DNA from: Catajapyx aquilonaris
Lineage: Eukaryota
DNA length: 20,000 nucleotides
Direction of reading: 5' to 3'
Assembly: GCA_000934665.2 (NCBI GenBank)
Contig: JYFJ02001670.1
Location: 53,350 to 73,349, forward strand
Part shown: positions 1 to 10,247 of the stretch, piece by piece
Numbering within the stretch: position 1 is the first letter of the stretch
Layout of the letters: each line of letters starts with the position of its first letter
The notes under the pieces: model-generated
Databases searched by the model: none
The model's input: the letters and a program-made list of their open reading frames with translations, nothing else
What the model was told of the DNA's origin: nothing
Translations under genes and position numbers: made by a program

Positions 1-419
1 CCGTCCAACCAAGAAATGCGAGTCTGGTCCGAGGACCGCTCGAGGAAGAGTACCGTCGCTGGCGAACCAGCCGGGACCTCATACAACCTCATGTTAGCAT
101 TTTATGCAAGAATAAGGCTCTAGCACGGGGTATGATTTTTTTAAATAACAAAAATGCGGAAAGTAGAATACTGCCGCAATTTTATGTAGCATACCATATA
201 TTACAATGTAACTTAGGATAAATTGCATTACAAACATGCGCATTTACATATAAATTGGTTAATATCCAATAAGGACAAAATTGATATTTAATTATGAATC
301 GTAAAAAGCAAAGTTAAACAGGTTGGAACGTTTACCCCAACTATACACCGTTTGAAACAAAAGCCCGACCATATTAAATTGTGTCCCAGTGTCTGCCTTG
401 GTATATAAACTAATGCATT

Positions 420-620
420 CGGTCCTGATTGTTGCTTTTGATTAAACCCATCGCAGTAAATAATCCATAAATTTGTTCTCCCCATCGATAAAGGTGTCAT
501 GCCCATAAATGCTCTACCTGTATTTACACGCTAAATTGTACCAGCATTTAATTCTTTTTAATGCGCTGAACAATGCCTGGTTCCCAAGTGTAATCTAAAT
601 TTGTAGACGGCTCAGAACTC
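420..620 (-). pseudogene. Degenerate hAT-family transposase remnant (C-terminal dimerisation region)
   Basis: The minus strand reads LQI*ITLGNQALFSALKRIKCW (FSALKRIK at 570-547), then in a shifted frame RAFMGMTPLSMGR...CDGFNQK. This resembles the hAT C-terminal consensus L-LL-TLP..ERSFS-LKRIKT...RL-GLA-LSI..I-F. It is broken by stops and frameshifts. Family recognised by eye only. Confidence 0.45.
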
Positions 621-1294
621 CAAGCATTGTTTTCTCACAGGAGTACTTTAAGAGGAGAGAATCTCAGTGAATATCTTATAAAGTAGCACCAAAGTGTGTT
701 TGTTACAAATATAAGGCGGATGTGTGAATTAACATGAATTTTGTCACCAATTTTGGAAAGTTTATGGGTGAAGGTCCTCGCCTTTAAATTCGCCCATGGG
801 TGAACCATATTCCCTCCCTTTTCCTGGTAATATTGGGAAATAACATCAGCAAAAATAATCCGGTTATTGTGAAGACCTGTCACTCAAGTCCCTAGAGTCA
901 TGGCTCCATGGCAGCTGCCTTAATCCGGGCTTTGCATATGCCCTGCTTTTATTTACCAGACGTGGAGAATAGCAGGGGACATTTTAAAAATGGAAATTGC
1001 CAGTCTCCTTTTTTTTGTGCAAAACCATTCGTAGTTGAATTTTGACTGTTATGGGACCAGCACTTGTGATGCATTAATTGGATCTCCGTTGTTGAAACAC
1101 CGTGTGCAGGTGTAGGTTTTGACAGAAACAAATGTGGGATTTGAGTGTGCGAGTCGAAATAACACGGGATGTTCTGGTGCTCTAAATGACGGAAAACATT
1201 ATTTTCCGATAGAGTCATCAATAACACATAATTAACAAGGTGAAGGTTGTTAATGTAGAAAGGCATTTTTTCCAGTGCAGTTATGTAACCTAGG

Positions 1295-1806
1295 CAGGGA
1301 GCATAATTATACTACATAAGAGGCGCAAACATTCGATTTTTGCATCTATCTGTTTTGGGCGTTGCTAAGGCTGGCGGCCATTTTGAAGCGTGTGGAACGC
1401 CAACGAGGTATAAATAGGGTACAGGCAGGCCGTCAAGGTCTGCGGGGGTCCGCCATCTTTGATGGTTTTGGGTGCCATGGCAATACACGGGAATAACAAT
1501 TTACTTATCCATTTTCCAATATCGGATGAGTTCAAAACCGAAGCAGTGGCGGCGGAGGGGATATGGTATCCGACTGCTAATCGGGAGGTCCTGGGTTCGA
1601 ATCCCGGTGCCGGCAACTCTAACCGTGGTTTTCTGTGGTTTCCCACGGTTCCTCCAGGATAATTCCGGAGTTGTTTCCTAACCTAATAGGCCACAGCCGC
1701 CTCCTTCCTTTCCTATCCTATCCCAAAAAGCGCAGTAAAAACGAAACGAAGAGTTCCAGTCAAAAAAATCCCCCCTAAAGAGCCGCCGGCTGATAACGGG
1801 GTATGA

Positions 1807-1882
<76 letters not shown>

Positions 1883-2105
1883 CGAATTCAAATTCGCGCG
1901 TATTCTTGCCGTGTGGTTGCCATGGCTGCCAAAACCATCAAAGATGGCGGACCCTATTTTTGCCCGTACCCTATTTATACCTCGTTGGCGTTCTACACAC
2001 TTCAAAATGGCCGCCAGCCTTGGCAACGCCCTAAACAGAGAGACGCGAACATCAAAGGCGCCGACAGAAGTTTGCGCCTCTTATGTAGCATACGTATGCT
2101 CCCTG
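1295..2105. mobile_element. MITE with ~200-bp terminal inverted repeats and 7-bp TSD (ACCTAGG), interrupted by a SINE
   Basis: Termini are CAGGGAGCATA (1295) and TATGCTCCCTG (2105). Arms ~1295-1495 and ~1901-2105 are reverse complements with indels, e.g. ctacataagaggcgcaaac/gtttgcgcctcttatgtag, ggctggcggccattttgaag/cttcaaaatggccgccagcc and ccgccatctttgatggttttgg/ccaaaaccatcaaagatggcgg. ACCTAGG occurs directly at 1288-1294 and 2106-2112. Confidence 0.9.
1538..1880 (+). mobile_element. tRNA-derived SINE, family A, copy 1, with (TTA)n tail
   Basis: tRNA-like head with anticodon arm CCGA-CTGCTAA-TCGG (1570-1584) and B box GGTTCGAATCCC (1594-1605). An unrelated body follows, then an (ATT)n tail at ~1807-1880. 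Colinear with a second copy at 19560-19901. Confidence 0.93.
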
Positions 2106-3149
2106 ACCTAGGGATATCCTTTGGTCCGCCATTTTTATACGTCAGAGATTCTACGTCACAAAGCTATTTACTGAGCCATAGGAATACCATGTGGCAATAT
2201 TTTTCTTATTATTTTAATACAATTTGTCATTCCAACTTGTGAAGGTTTTCTCACGACGTCCCTATGTTATTTGTCACTTGGCTGGTAAGCGACATAAAAT
2301 ATTGATCTGGTGCACTCGACAATTTTCAAAAGAAAGAACCCATTACGCGATTATGCGCCAGAGAGCGCACCACGCTATCTTTTCAAGCTGTGACTGTGGA
2401 GCCAACATGGACGATCGTCATTTACCAAGTCCGGTGCACAACTAATGCGGATTTCAGGTTTTGAACGATGTTATGGAAGCGGACATCTTTTATTCTGGAG
2501 AACGTCCAACCCGTGGTCATTCACGGATCCATTTTTCTATTTTCATCAGATATGCCTATGGTGTAAAATACTTAGCTCAAACTAGTTAAATGAGGCGGAA
2601 ATGAGCAAAAAAAAAATCTCGTTAATTTCTCTCGCCTGCAGGGATGTACAGTCTTCAATTTTGTGCAAGTTTGAACATTGTGCGACGCATCGGCAGATAT
2701 CGCCAGACATAATTATGCATAGGTGATGTTGAGTACATAGGCAAACAAAGCGTTCTGTCGACTGCTGGGTGTAATGATAAGAGTCAATCGTTATCCTGAA
2801 ATGTTTGCAATTCCTGGCGTCCTCTCCCTCATGTTGACGGATGCCGAAATGTTGGATAAAATATGGAAAATAGGGGGACATTTTTGTAGGAGAATTTTGT
2901 CGATATGCTAATTTCAGCACCGTACCTGGATGAGAAAAATATCGAGATCATTTTGTCTGACCCAAATTTTTGGGTCGCAACACTTGCCCATTGAGGCAAG
3001 TTAATGCCAGGAAAACGCAGATAAAAGTGGCATATTTCAAAAATTTCACACATTATTGTATCACACATGATAACAATCTTCAATAACGAAATGTCATTGT
3101 TGATTCTTCAGGCAAATTACAACAGTGTTCACCTATCCAGTCTCCTGCA

Positions 3150-3220
3150 TCTCATTGGCTCAGAGAGTCACGTGACAGACAACCATGAAGCTGCTACCAC
3201 AGTCGCCATCTTTGTGGCCT
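3150..3220 (+). promoter_or_regulatory. Putative promoter: inverted CCAAT, palindromic E-box/CLEAR element, YY1/Pho-type motif
   Basis: ATTGG at 3154-3158, GTCACGTGAC at 3167-3176 and GTCGCCATCTTTG at 3202-3214 cluster ~500 bp upstream of the first coding exon. Candidate splice donors for a non-coding first exon are at 3270 (GTAGGT) and 3589 (GTGAGC). TSS not determined. Confidence 0.6.
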
Positions 3221-3710
3221 AACTGACCTCATAGGTGGACGTACTCTTTTGCCCCGGTTTTGCCCCGGGGTAGGTTCAGATGTCCCGGCATCCGTTACTG
3301 TTGGCCTAACGCATTTGCGCCCTAGTTCATGCCCAACAAAGCGAAAATATAGCCGCAAATGACGTCGAGATACGGACATGTTGAGGAGAAAATATTTTTC
3401 TCTGAAAATACGGATGGATTTTGCACGTTTAGGCAAGACTTTAGTAGACACTTGACAAAATCCGGGCCCCGTGTTTATGCGAGGTTTTGTCCCCAGAAAA
3501 TGCTGTATTTTTGGACAAATTGTGTTCATACAACCTGCCCTTAGAGGCATACAAATCAATCCATTTTTGCTAGTTAGGAGCGAAACGGGTGAGCGCTTTT
3601 TTCACTCGAATCGTTATTAGGTAACAATGCTCGTGGAACTGAACCTCGAACTCCTATTCCTCCAAATTCACTATGCTTGTTATCTGGTTTATGCCCTGTA
3701 GGCAGTCTCT

Positions 3711-3737
3711 ATGAGAGCTGGTCGATATGCTGTGTAA
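3711..3737 (+). promoter_or_regulatory. Upstream ORF (MRAGRYAV*) overlapping the first in-frame ATG of the zinc-finger gene
   Basis: ATG at 3711 and TAA at 3735-3737 lie within the exon starting at 3702. The uORF is out of frame with ATG 3727 and ends 7 nt before ATG 3745. Confidence 0.4.
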
Positions 3738-3775
3738 CCACGACATGCTGTTCCTGATCCACTCGAAAGTGCACG
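3727..3775 (+). CDS. Acidic double C2H2 zinc-finger protein, coding exon 1 (MLCNHDMLFLIHSKVH-g)
   Basis: Acceptor ...ccctgtag| at 3701. ATGs at 3727 and 3745 follow an in-frame TGA. Donor cacg|GTCAGG at 3776 gives phase 1, matching the next exon. The donor is weak and a competing donor exists at 3789. Confidence 0.6.
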
Positions 3776-4035
3776 GTCAGGCCAAAAGGTAACCTCAAGG
3801 AAAGTTTGTTCCTCTACCAACAGCCAAGTTTGCAAACCCTCTTTTGAGAGTATCTCCAGAACTTCAATCACCTTTACACAGTTCGAAATCAATTAATGTA
3901 ATGAGATTGGTCGACGTAAGGGATATTAACTAGTGAAAAAGGCTAATGTGATCCTATTAGACACGCATGGTTTGCCAATGCATATTTGCATATTTAAAAA
4001 AACATGAAACATAATATATGCTTTCTTTTGGACAG

Positions 4036-4230
4036 GTACCACCAAAAAGGGTTACAACAAGCTGGCGGCGGAAGATGAGGCCAATGTCAACGTCATAAAG
4101 AACGAAAGTGACGGTACAGCATGTCCCGAAGGCAGTGAATCGGATCCAACTAGTGCATCCGAAACGGATTCTTCCGACTTTGACCCCTACGAAGATCCGG
4201 ATGAAGACTCGGAGAACGATTCCGATTACG
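4036..4230 (+). CDS. Acidic double C2H2 zinc-finger protein, coding exon 2 (GTTKKGYNKLAAEDE...DPDEDSENDSDY)
   Basis: Acceptor ctttcttttggacag| and donor tacg|GTGAGT. 195 nt, phase 1-1, with an open D/E/S-rich frame and higher GC than the flanks. Confidence 0.88.
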
Positions 4231-4396
4231 GTGAGTGCATTTCTTCAAAAAAGACGCAACAACATGTATACAGACGGATGCTCTTAGAAGAACCGCAGTT
4301 TGCGGATATTTTTCTTTGAATGTTACATAATGTGAGTATTTTAAATTTTAGACTGTATTCTTTTTGAGTGTGTAAAAATATAATTTGTGAATTATG

Positions 4397-4716
4397 CAGG
4401 GTGTGCTAATGTCCGCTGGAGTTAGCGGTGTTGTGGTTCTAAGCTACTTATTTTTAATCAGTTGCTTTGAACCGGTTACTGTTAGCAGTTTTCTAATGAA
4501 TCTAATGTGTCATCTGCTAATATTACGCATTTACGCCGAATTGTGGAGCTCTAAATTACAAAGAATTTCTGATTTGGAATGGCCCATTGGAACAATTGGC
4601 ATCGAATCCACGCAACCTTATATTAGCAGCTAAAAACTAAAAGTAACTATTATGAAGCAACTGCTTAAAATAATCGACTTAGTGCCAAAAATAGCTAACT
4701 AAAACAGACCACCCTG
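4397..4716. mobile_element. Degenerate MITE (CAGGGTG...CACCCTG)
   Basis: 7-bp terminal inverted match plus a ~55-bp imperfect subterminal inversion (ctaagctacttatttttaatcagttgctttgaaccggttactgttag vs ctaaaagtaactattatgaagcaactgcttaaaataatcgacttag). No TSD recognisable. Confidence 0.6.
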
Positions 4717-5171
4717 TCCTGGTGTTGTATTACCCAAGTCGAGAAGGTAGAATTGTGCATTTATTATAGGTCCCCATAGTACTCTATAGTGCATAAACTT
4801 TCAAGTTCAAGAGAGGGTGGGAGAATAAATTATGTGGGCACCAGCACTTAAAAAATCGGAGCAATCCACTGGTGATTGTTGCTTCGTTTTAAATTGGTGA
4901 CTGAAATAAACAATGCATAGGTTTTCACTTATCCCCCTCTAGAATTGGGTGCTTTGGCGGTGTACATACCATCATGCATACTATACTATGGGGAACTGCT
5001 ATAAATAAACAACTGCATTTTCGCTACCGCTAAAAATGGTGTGACATTTCTCTTTGGTAAACAAAAGCTTCACTGTTTCATGGATTTGTTGTCCATTACT
5101 ATGCAGCAGACCAGAGGATGGTTGTTTCGACCACACTGAAGATTCAATATTTATTCCCTTGATACTATTGT

Positions 5172-5489
5172 TTGATTAGGGCAATTCGTTTAACAAACCG
5201 TTACCAACTTGAATAACGGGTAGAATCTAACGCACCCTTTAATCTCTCATGGAAGAGGCGCCTAGCGACGAGATTTCCATTTCAATTATGACTAAAAGGC
5301 TGAACAAAAATGAAAGTTTGCATAGATATTACAGGCAAAACTGTGTCAAAACCATTCTTCCACATAATGAATACCCAAATATCAATTAGGCCTATCTACT
5401 TGGTAATAGGCTGTATGAAGCTGTGTTCATATTCAGAGCACGATTTGATGTCACTTTTTGATATCGTCCGAATTAGATCCCCTAATCAA
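5172..5489. mobile_element. Possible old MITE
   Basis: TTGATTAGGG (5172-5181) and CCCTAATCAA (5480-5489) are a perfect 10-bp inversion, with an inner AATTCG/CGAATT pair. No clear TSD. Confidence 0.35.
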
Positions 5490-5829
5490 TTCTGAGTATG
5501 ATGACACTTTCAATTTTGTCTAATAGTTTAGTCATCATTAACGAGGAATTCTTGTCGCTAAGCGTTGTTGTCATAAAGCTGATTAATGGGTAAAATATGC
5601 TCAGATCTATTTACAAGGAAAGTTGGTAACAAGACGAAGGACACAAGAGAGTACCTACAGTCGGAAATTATGTATTCATTGACTTTTTACATTTTCATAA
5701 ATATTCACATGACTGACTATGGTCAATAAACTATAGACTATAATCAATAAGGTGATGCGTATTTGCCTGACAACTACATGCTATAGTTCATGGGAGAGTC
5801 TTCTCTTCTCAGCTTTTATTCATTTATTC

Positions 5830-7310
5830 CTTATAGACAGCAGAAAATTGCACAATTCTTTGAGGACTGACGAAATCCATGTTCGCCCCTTGGGATTGTG
5901 GGACAGTGATAGATGCTGTCCAGTTGCAAAACCTGAAGTGATGGCGCATTCAATGATGGCTCTGGTAATGGCATCGTCAGACGCGAAAAAAGAGGGAGCT
6001 CCGGAGCGGGAGTGCGTCAAAATGAATTTGAATACCCAGATGGCGCTTTGAATTGGAAATTTTTAAATCCTTCAAGAATTGAGCGTGTACATGCAGTCCA
6101 AGAGACCGTGACTGGAGTTAAAGTGAGAAAGAAGCTGAAGGCGAAAGATATTCGAAATAGTCCCGACATATCTGTTTTTTTAAGCAAAAAATATAGGTTG
6201 CATATGTTACAGTAATAAAGCCACCAGATATGACAATACATCACTTGAATACGTTCCTTTTTGACACTTGGCCTTCTCGTAGAATCCACCATCAAAGTCT
6301 GAAATCTGAAGTATGGCCATTCGCAGATGGGACCTCTCCGAAAATTGATCCGGAACATTGCAGGACTACTTGACCGTCCTGTCACAACTTGGCTGGACAG
6401 CTGAATTTGTTTACCTGACGGGTTTTTCGTTTGCCCTCGTCTAGAGGCACAGTACACCCCGTGAATACAATGCGCTATTTATTAATTTATCCCCAATGCC
6501 CGTTGAGCTAAAAGTAGGCTATGCAGCAGCGGTTGCATTGAGCCAAGTGTACTGGTATATACGGAATCGGATAAAATAGTGAAATAATAATAGACCTGTA
6601 GTCTACTGGGACTGAAATGTAGAGTTTAACGGGGGGGGATGTGCAGTAATATCTTCTAGCAAAAATTAATTTATGGTGATTATCATTTAGCTGCAGACTA
6701 GCCTCCCTACTGCTATGTCGTCTGAATGTGAGCTCAAACATGCAACAAAATTACTTACTCCACGCATATTGATTTTCTGCAATCCAAAAGGATAAATAGT
6801 GGAGCTGATGATGAATTGGAAAAGCCGCAGGTTTACATGGAAAACATGATATTGAGTACGACGTCTGCTATGATTTTTCATGCCGTTTGCATCACTGCTC
6901 GTGTGTGATATTATGCCGCGCGCGGGTTTCATTTTTGGTGGATTTTTAAAGCCCTTGATAAGTAATTACTCTATAGCAACCCGATCTTGCTAAAGGGGTT
7001 TGGTTCTCCCATAAGGCTTCTGATGAATTTCCATGGATACTTGCTGATGAAGCGTATGCTAACTTTAACAAGAGGAAACATCCACCCTTGTTATTAATTG
7101 TTTGGATAAACCCACCTGGTTGTTAGATAGGGTGTTTCATTATATGAATCAGACAAACGTCTCGAGTGACCTTCTAGGAAGGATATGATCACTTCATGCA
7201 GCGATGTCACCTTGATTTCCGCAGCCTCGTTACTGAGGTAATAGGCTGCGATCTCATCAGATGCAGCAGGCAGTATTCGAGCCGATGCAAGTACTGTACG
7301 CTGCATCCAT
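5830..7310 (-). pseudogene. Tentative highly decayed RNI-like LRR gene nested antisense in the zinc-finger gene intron
   Basis: Fragments in different frames occur in an order compatible with the 14.5-16.3 kb copy: N-terminal KVTSLHEVIISFL, LQKINMRG followed by GTAAGT, HLRMAILQISDF, SDDAITRAII / NAPSLQVLQLDSI, and terminal QGANMDFV (cf. KAKNLDLDI). Many stops and frameshifts. Confidence 0.35.
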
Positions 7311-8114
7311 GACAGAGCAGATTATATTATTATACATGTATAATGCGCTCTTTGATTTATGCAACGTATCTCAGTGACGATCCACCCTAAAGGTTTTTCT
7401 GATTCGTTGTGAAACACTCTGTACACCTGAATTGATGAACCTGGCCCTTTGTGCAGGCTGCACCGTCACAAGTTTATCCTTGTTAATAATTGTTTTTAAA
7501 CCAGGATAAACCCATGGTGTGTGTATAAATATACGTATCATATACACAACAGTGGTGCAACGGGCCCTTTGTTCATACTTTATAAGGAAATATTTTGTAA
7601 CATTGTTGACAAAATGACCAGTCTGTCGTAAAGTGCCGGTATCCTGCATATAGGCTATACCTAAACAAAATTTTCGATATCGGCAGTTTACAAATTTCAT
7701 GCTTGCTGTACCACAAAGACCGTGTTAATAAAGTCTAATAAAGACTCAATGTGTGTTGAATCCAGTATCTCTCGGTTACATGTTTGCTGGAGTTATTCTA
7801 TATACTATCTAGAGCATAACTTGAAATTTTCATGTTCTGGAGTAGAAAATACGTTTCGTTCATGATGCAGTAAAAGGCTGCGTCTAAATCCGGCCATAGT
7901 AACCCATGTGTAAAAATGTACGAGCATACAACACTTTAATACCAAGAGGTTCATAAAATGAGCCTGCTCTAAAGCTGAAAATGAGACTTTGGCATATAAA
8001 GTACACCATGATGCATGCTCGATAGATCACGATGAAGAAGCCCACTCATGCCATTACCGTATAGCCCGCACCCCTTATTGCAACAGTGTTGTTATTTCTT
8101 TATGTTCTTTACAG

Positions 8115-8202
8115 ACGAATCACTGACTTGCAACGTATGCGATCGCTCTTTCTTCTCCACGCGCCAGCTGGAAAGACATCAGCAAAAGAAAAGGCACTTT
8201 GG
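8115..8202 (+). CDS. Acidic double C2H2 zinc-finger protein, coding exon 3 (zinc finger 1: CNVCDRSFFSTRQLERHQQKKRH)
   Basis: Acceptor tatgttctttacag| and donor tttgg|GTAAGC. 88 nt, phase 1-2, consistent with both neighbours. C-x2-C-x12-H-x5-H with the conserved F and L. Confidence 0.93.
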
Positions 8203-9063
8203 GTAAGCATTATGGTATCGATACTGTCTCATTATTTCAGGTAATGTCCACAATAGCATGGTGTGATGAGAAGGCGGACGTAGTTCAAATTCTGTGAGGG
8301 CTCATTCAAATAAAATTACTGTACTAAATAGTTTCGCGATGATTTCCAAGAAGAGGACAATATCTTTGCTTCTTCTTCATCTCTGTACAGTGTACACCCC
8401 TCGTAGATGTTCCAAAGAAGGGCACTCCAATTATTCGGAGTCACCGTCGTTGTACCGAACTCAGGGCGGACAAGGGTACTTTCCACGGTTCCAGTCGAGT
8501 ACACGGTTGGAGGTATAGTGGTGTGCAGGGAGGGAGGGGTCTCTCGCAGCCAACTTTCGCTAACAATGGTCTACAAAGCCAGTCTCGCAGTATGCAATGA
8601 CCCTATATACGCCCTTTCAAAGTGTCTGATCCATTCCATGACACATTGGCATGTCAAAGCTGGGAAAACGGGGACTTCTACCCCTCCCCACCTCCCCTTT
8701 TACCAATTTCCTGAAACAGCTACTGCGCGTCATGCATACTCACGTGCAACATGAATTTCCATTTGAAGCAACATGACCCCCAAATCTTTTTTTCCCTTGT
8801 TGCCTAATAACCATTGAAACTTCCTGAATAGTTGATTTAGAAATGAACAAATACTCGACAGAAACCTGTTTGACATCGCGAATCTCCGGTACTAACTGAG
8901 CGACATTTCCTGCCCAAAAATGGGTTATGCATTCGGCCGTACTGTACAATTCAAAAGCCCGATGAAAACTCCTGCAATGCTAGTGCCAACTTCAACTATG
9001 CATGACGACAATAATTCCTTTGTTCTCCCATGAGGGTAATGTGAACCACCCTTCTCTTTGCAG

Positions 9064-9229
9064 GTGCTCAGCCTGCGACAGTCTGTTCCCGTCGTTGATG
9101 GCTCTTGAGCACCACAAGGAGCAGTTTGAACACTGGACTGACGACGAGACCATATCCGACGCTGATGATACCGACGCTGACTCCGAATCCGACGTGGAGG
9201 CCACGGAAGAGAGCGAGCGCCTTCTATGA
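9064..9229 (+). CDS. Acidic double C2H2 zinc-finger protein, last coding exon (zinc finger 2 plus acidic tail ending EESERLL*)
   Basis: Acceptor cttctctttgcag|, phase 2. Reads CSACDSLFPSLMALEHHKEQFEH, then a D/E-rich tail, with TGA at 9227-9229. Corresponds to the 3' part of ORF 9002..9229. Confidence 0.93.
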
Positions 9230-9942
9230 AGCGATCGACTAAGTTGGATCCATTGGCCGCCCATTAACGAGCACCACGGCACCGCTTGTCTGTGATCACT
9301 ATATTCTTTGTTGGAGTCACCTTGTAAATTTTTCCCACCTACCTAATCCCTTTTCATCAGGTGGAGCAGCGAAGCTTGGAAAGAATATGGGTATATCTGG
9401 TATCGAATTTGCGTCGGTAGGGCGCGTCATTCGCTGCGTCTCGACAATCACATTTCCGATGTCTTTTGTGGTTGTGAGGCCGAATGTGCAACAGGCTCTT
9501 CTATCAGAAAATTTCACTTTGTAGCCTACGGAAAATCAGGGTACCTTTTGATCAAAAAGGACCAACATTTTTGCTGCAGAGCTCTCAGGTGGTTATCTTC
9601 TTGGGGAGTTGGATATAACTTTGTGATGAGATATGGCAAACGTATTATTTAGAGGCAAAAACAACAGTACCCGTACTGACCCTGACTTATTGTTGTCCTT
9701 GCTAATTCGGAGAGTATATGATGAGGTGTAAATAGCACCTTGCTTCCACTCACCTACCACCTTCTACCCTCCGACCGGATATCGGATTGTAACCCGATTT
9801 TTTTCATATACTGTATATCCTATCTGCCCCAGATCCGGAAATGAGATTTTTTTTCGTTTTGGGGCTTCTCCGTCCGGAATCCTTTTGAGCAGCAGTATTA
9901 TTCTCTTTCTCCCCGAACGGAATACGGAATTTTGGCCGATTT

Positions 9943-10247
9943 TAGCGTCACCGACTTCAATCTGGCAACTTCCCACCGATGTTAGTCGCCTACGCATGTG
10001 CAGAAGAAACCAGTTGGTCTGGAATATCGCAAACGACGATAGCGATGAATTACAAAAATATTCTGTTTTTTTCGATCAGGGATTGAGCATGGGGTAGCTT
10101 TGGGGCACGTAGGATCAAAGCTTCTTTCAATTCCTGCAATGCAACGTGCGATGTCAACTTGCGCCAATATCCGACGCAATATACGGATGGTAAACATACA
10201 GAGCTGCTGGATTACATGTTGCCAGATTGGATTTGATCAAAACGCTA
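9943..10247. mobile_element. Degenerate foldback/MITE remnant
   Basis: CAATCTGGCAAC (9958-9969) and GTTGCCAGATTG (10218-10229) are a perfect 12-bp inversion, flanked outward by TAGCGT/ACGCTA. True termini not found. Confidence 0.4.

Noticed and set aside
1..100. GC-rich, open-frame stretch at the window start that could be an exon edge
   Set aside because: Several frames are open and there is no recognisable motif or clear splice site. It cannot be called without upstream sequence.
1538..1615. Functional tRNA-Ser(GCT) gene (also at 19560 and the Gly-like head at 15921)
   Set aside because: Acceptor and D stems are poor and there is no long variable arm. Each head continues into a SINE-like body.
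1803..1880. Poly-Tyr, poly-Ile (10514..10720) and poly-Asn (16460..16723) ORFs
   Set aside because: These are translations of (ATT/AAT)n microsatellites.
1365..2242. ORFs sharing the peptide KTIKDGGP...YPIYTSLAF.TLQNGRQP on opposite strands
   Set aside because: This is an artefact of the MITE inverted repeats, not duplicated genes.
2270..3090. Transposon-like sequence and ORFs 2582..2920 and 2829..3083
   Set aside because: No TIR pair, TSD or recognisable domain was found by eye.
3702..3788. Cys-rich frame ICCVTTTCCS-TGA-STRK that would join exon 4036 in phase via donor 3789 (selenocysteine/readthrough idea)
   Set aside because: No ATG in that frame within the exon and no SECIS recognised. 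The ATG-initiated frame with donor 3776 explains the gene more simply.
7216..7260. Hammerhead-like core on the minus strand: CTGATGA-gat-CGCAGCCT...AGGCTGCG-GAAA with a perfect 8-bp stem
   Set aside because: There are three extra bases between CUGAUGA and stem II, and I could not build stems I and III around a UH cleavage site. An Infernal hammerhead search would settle it.
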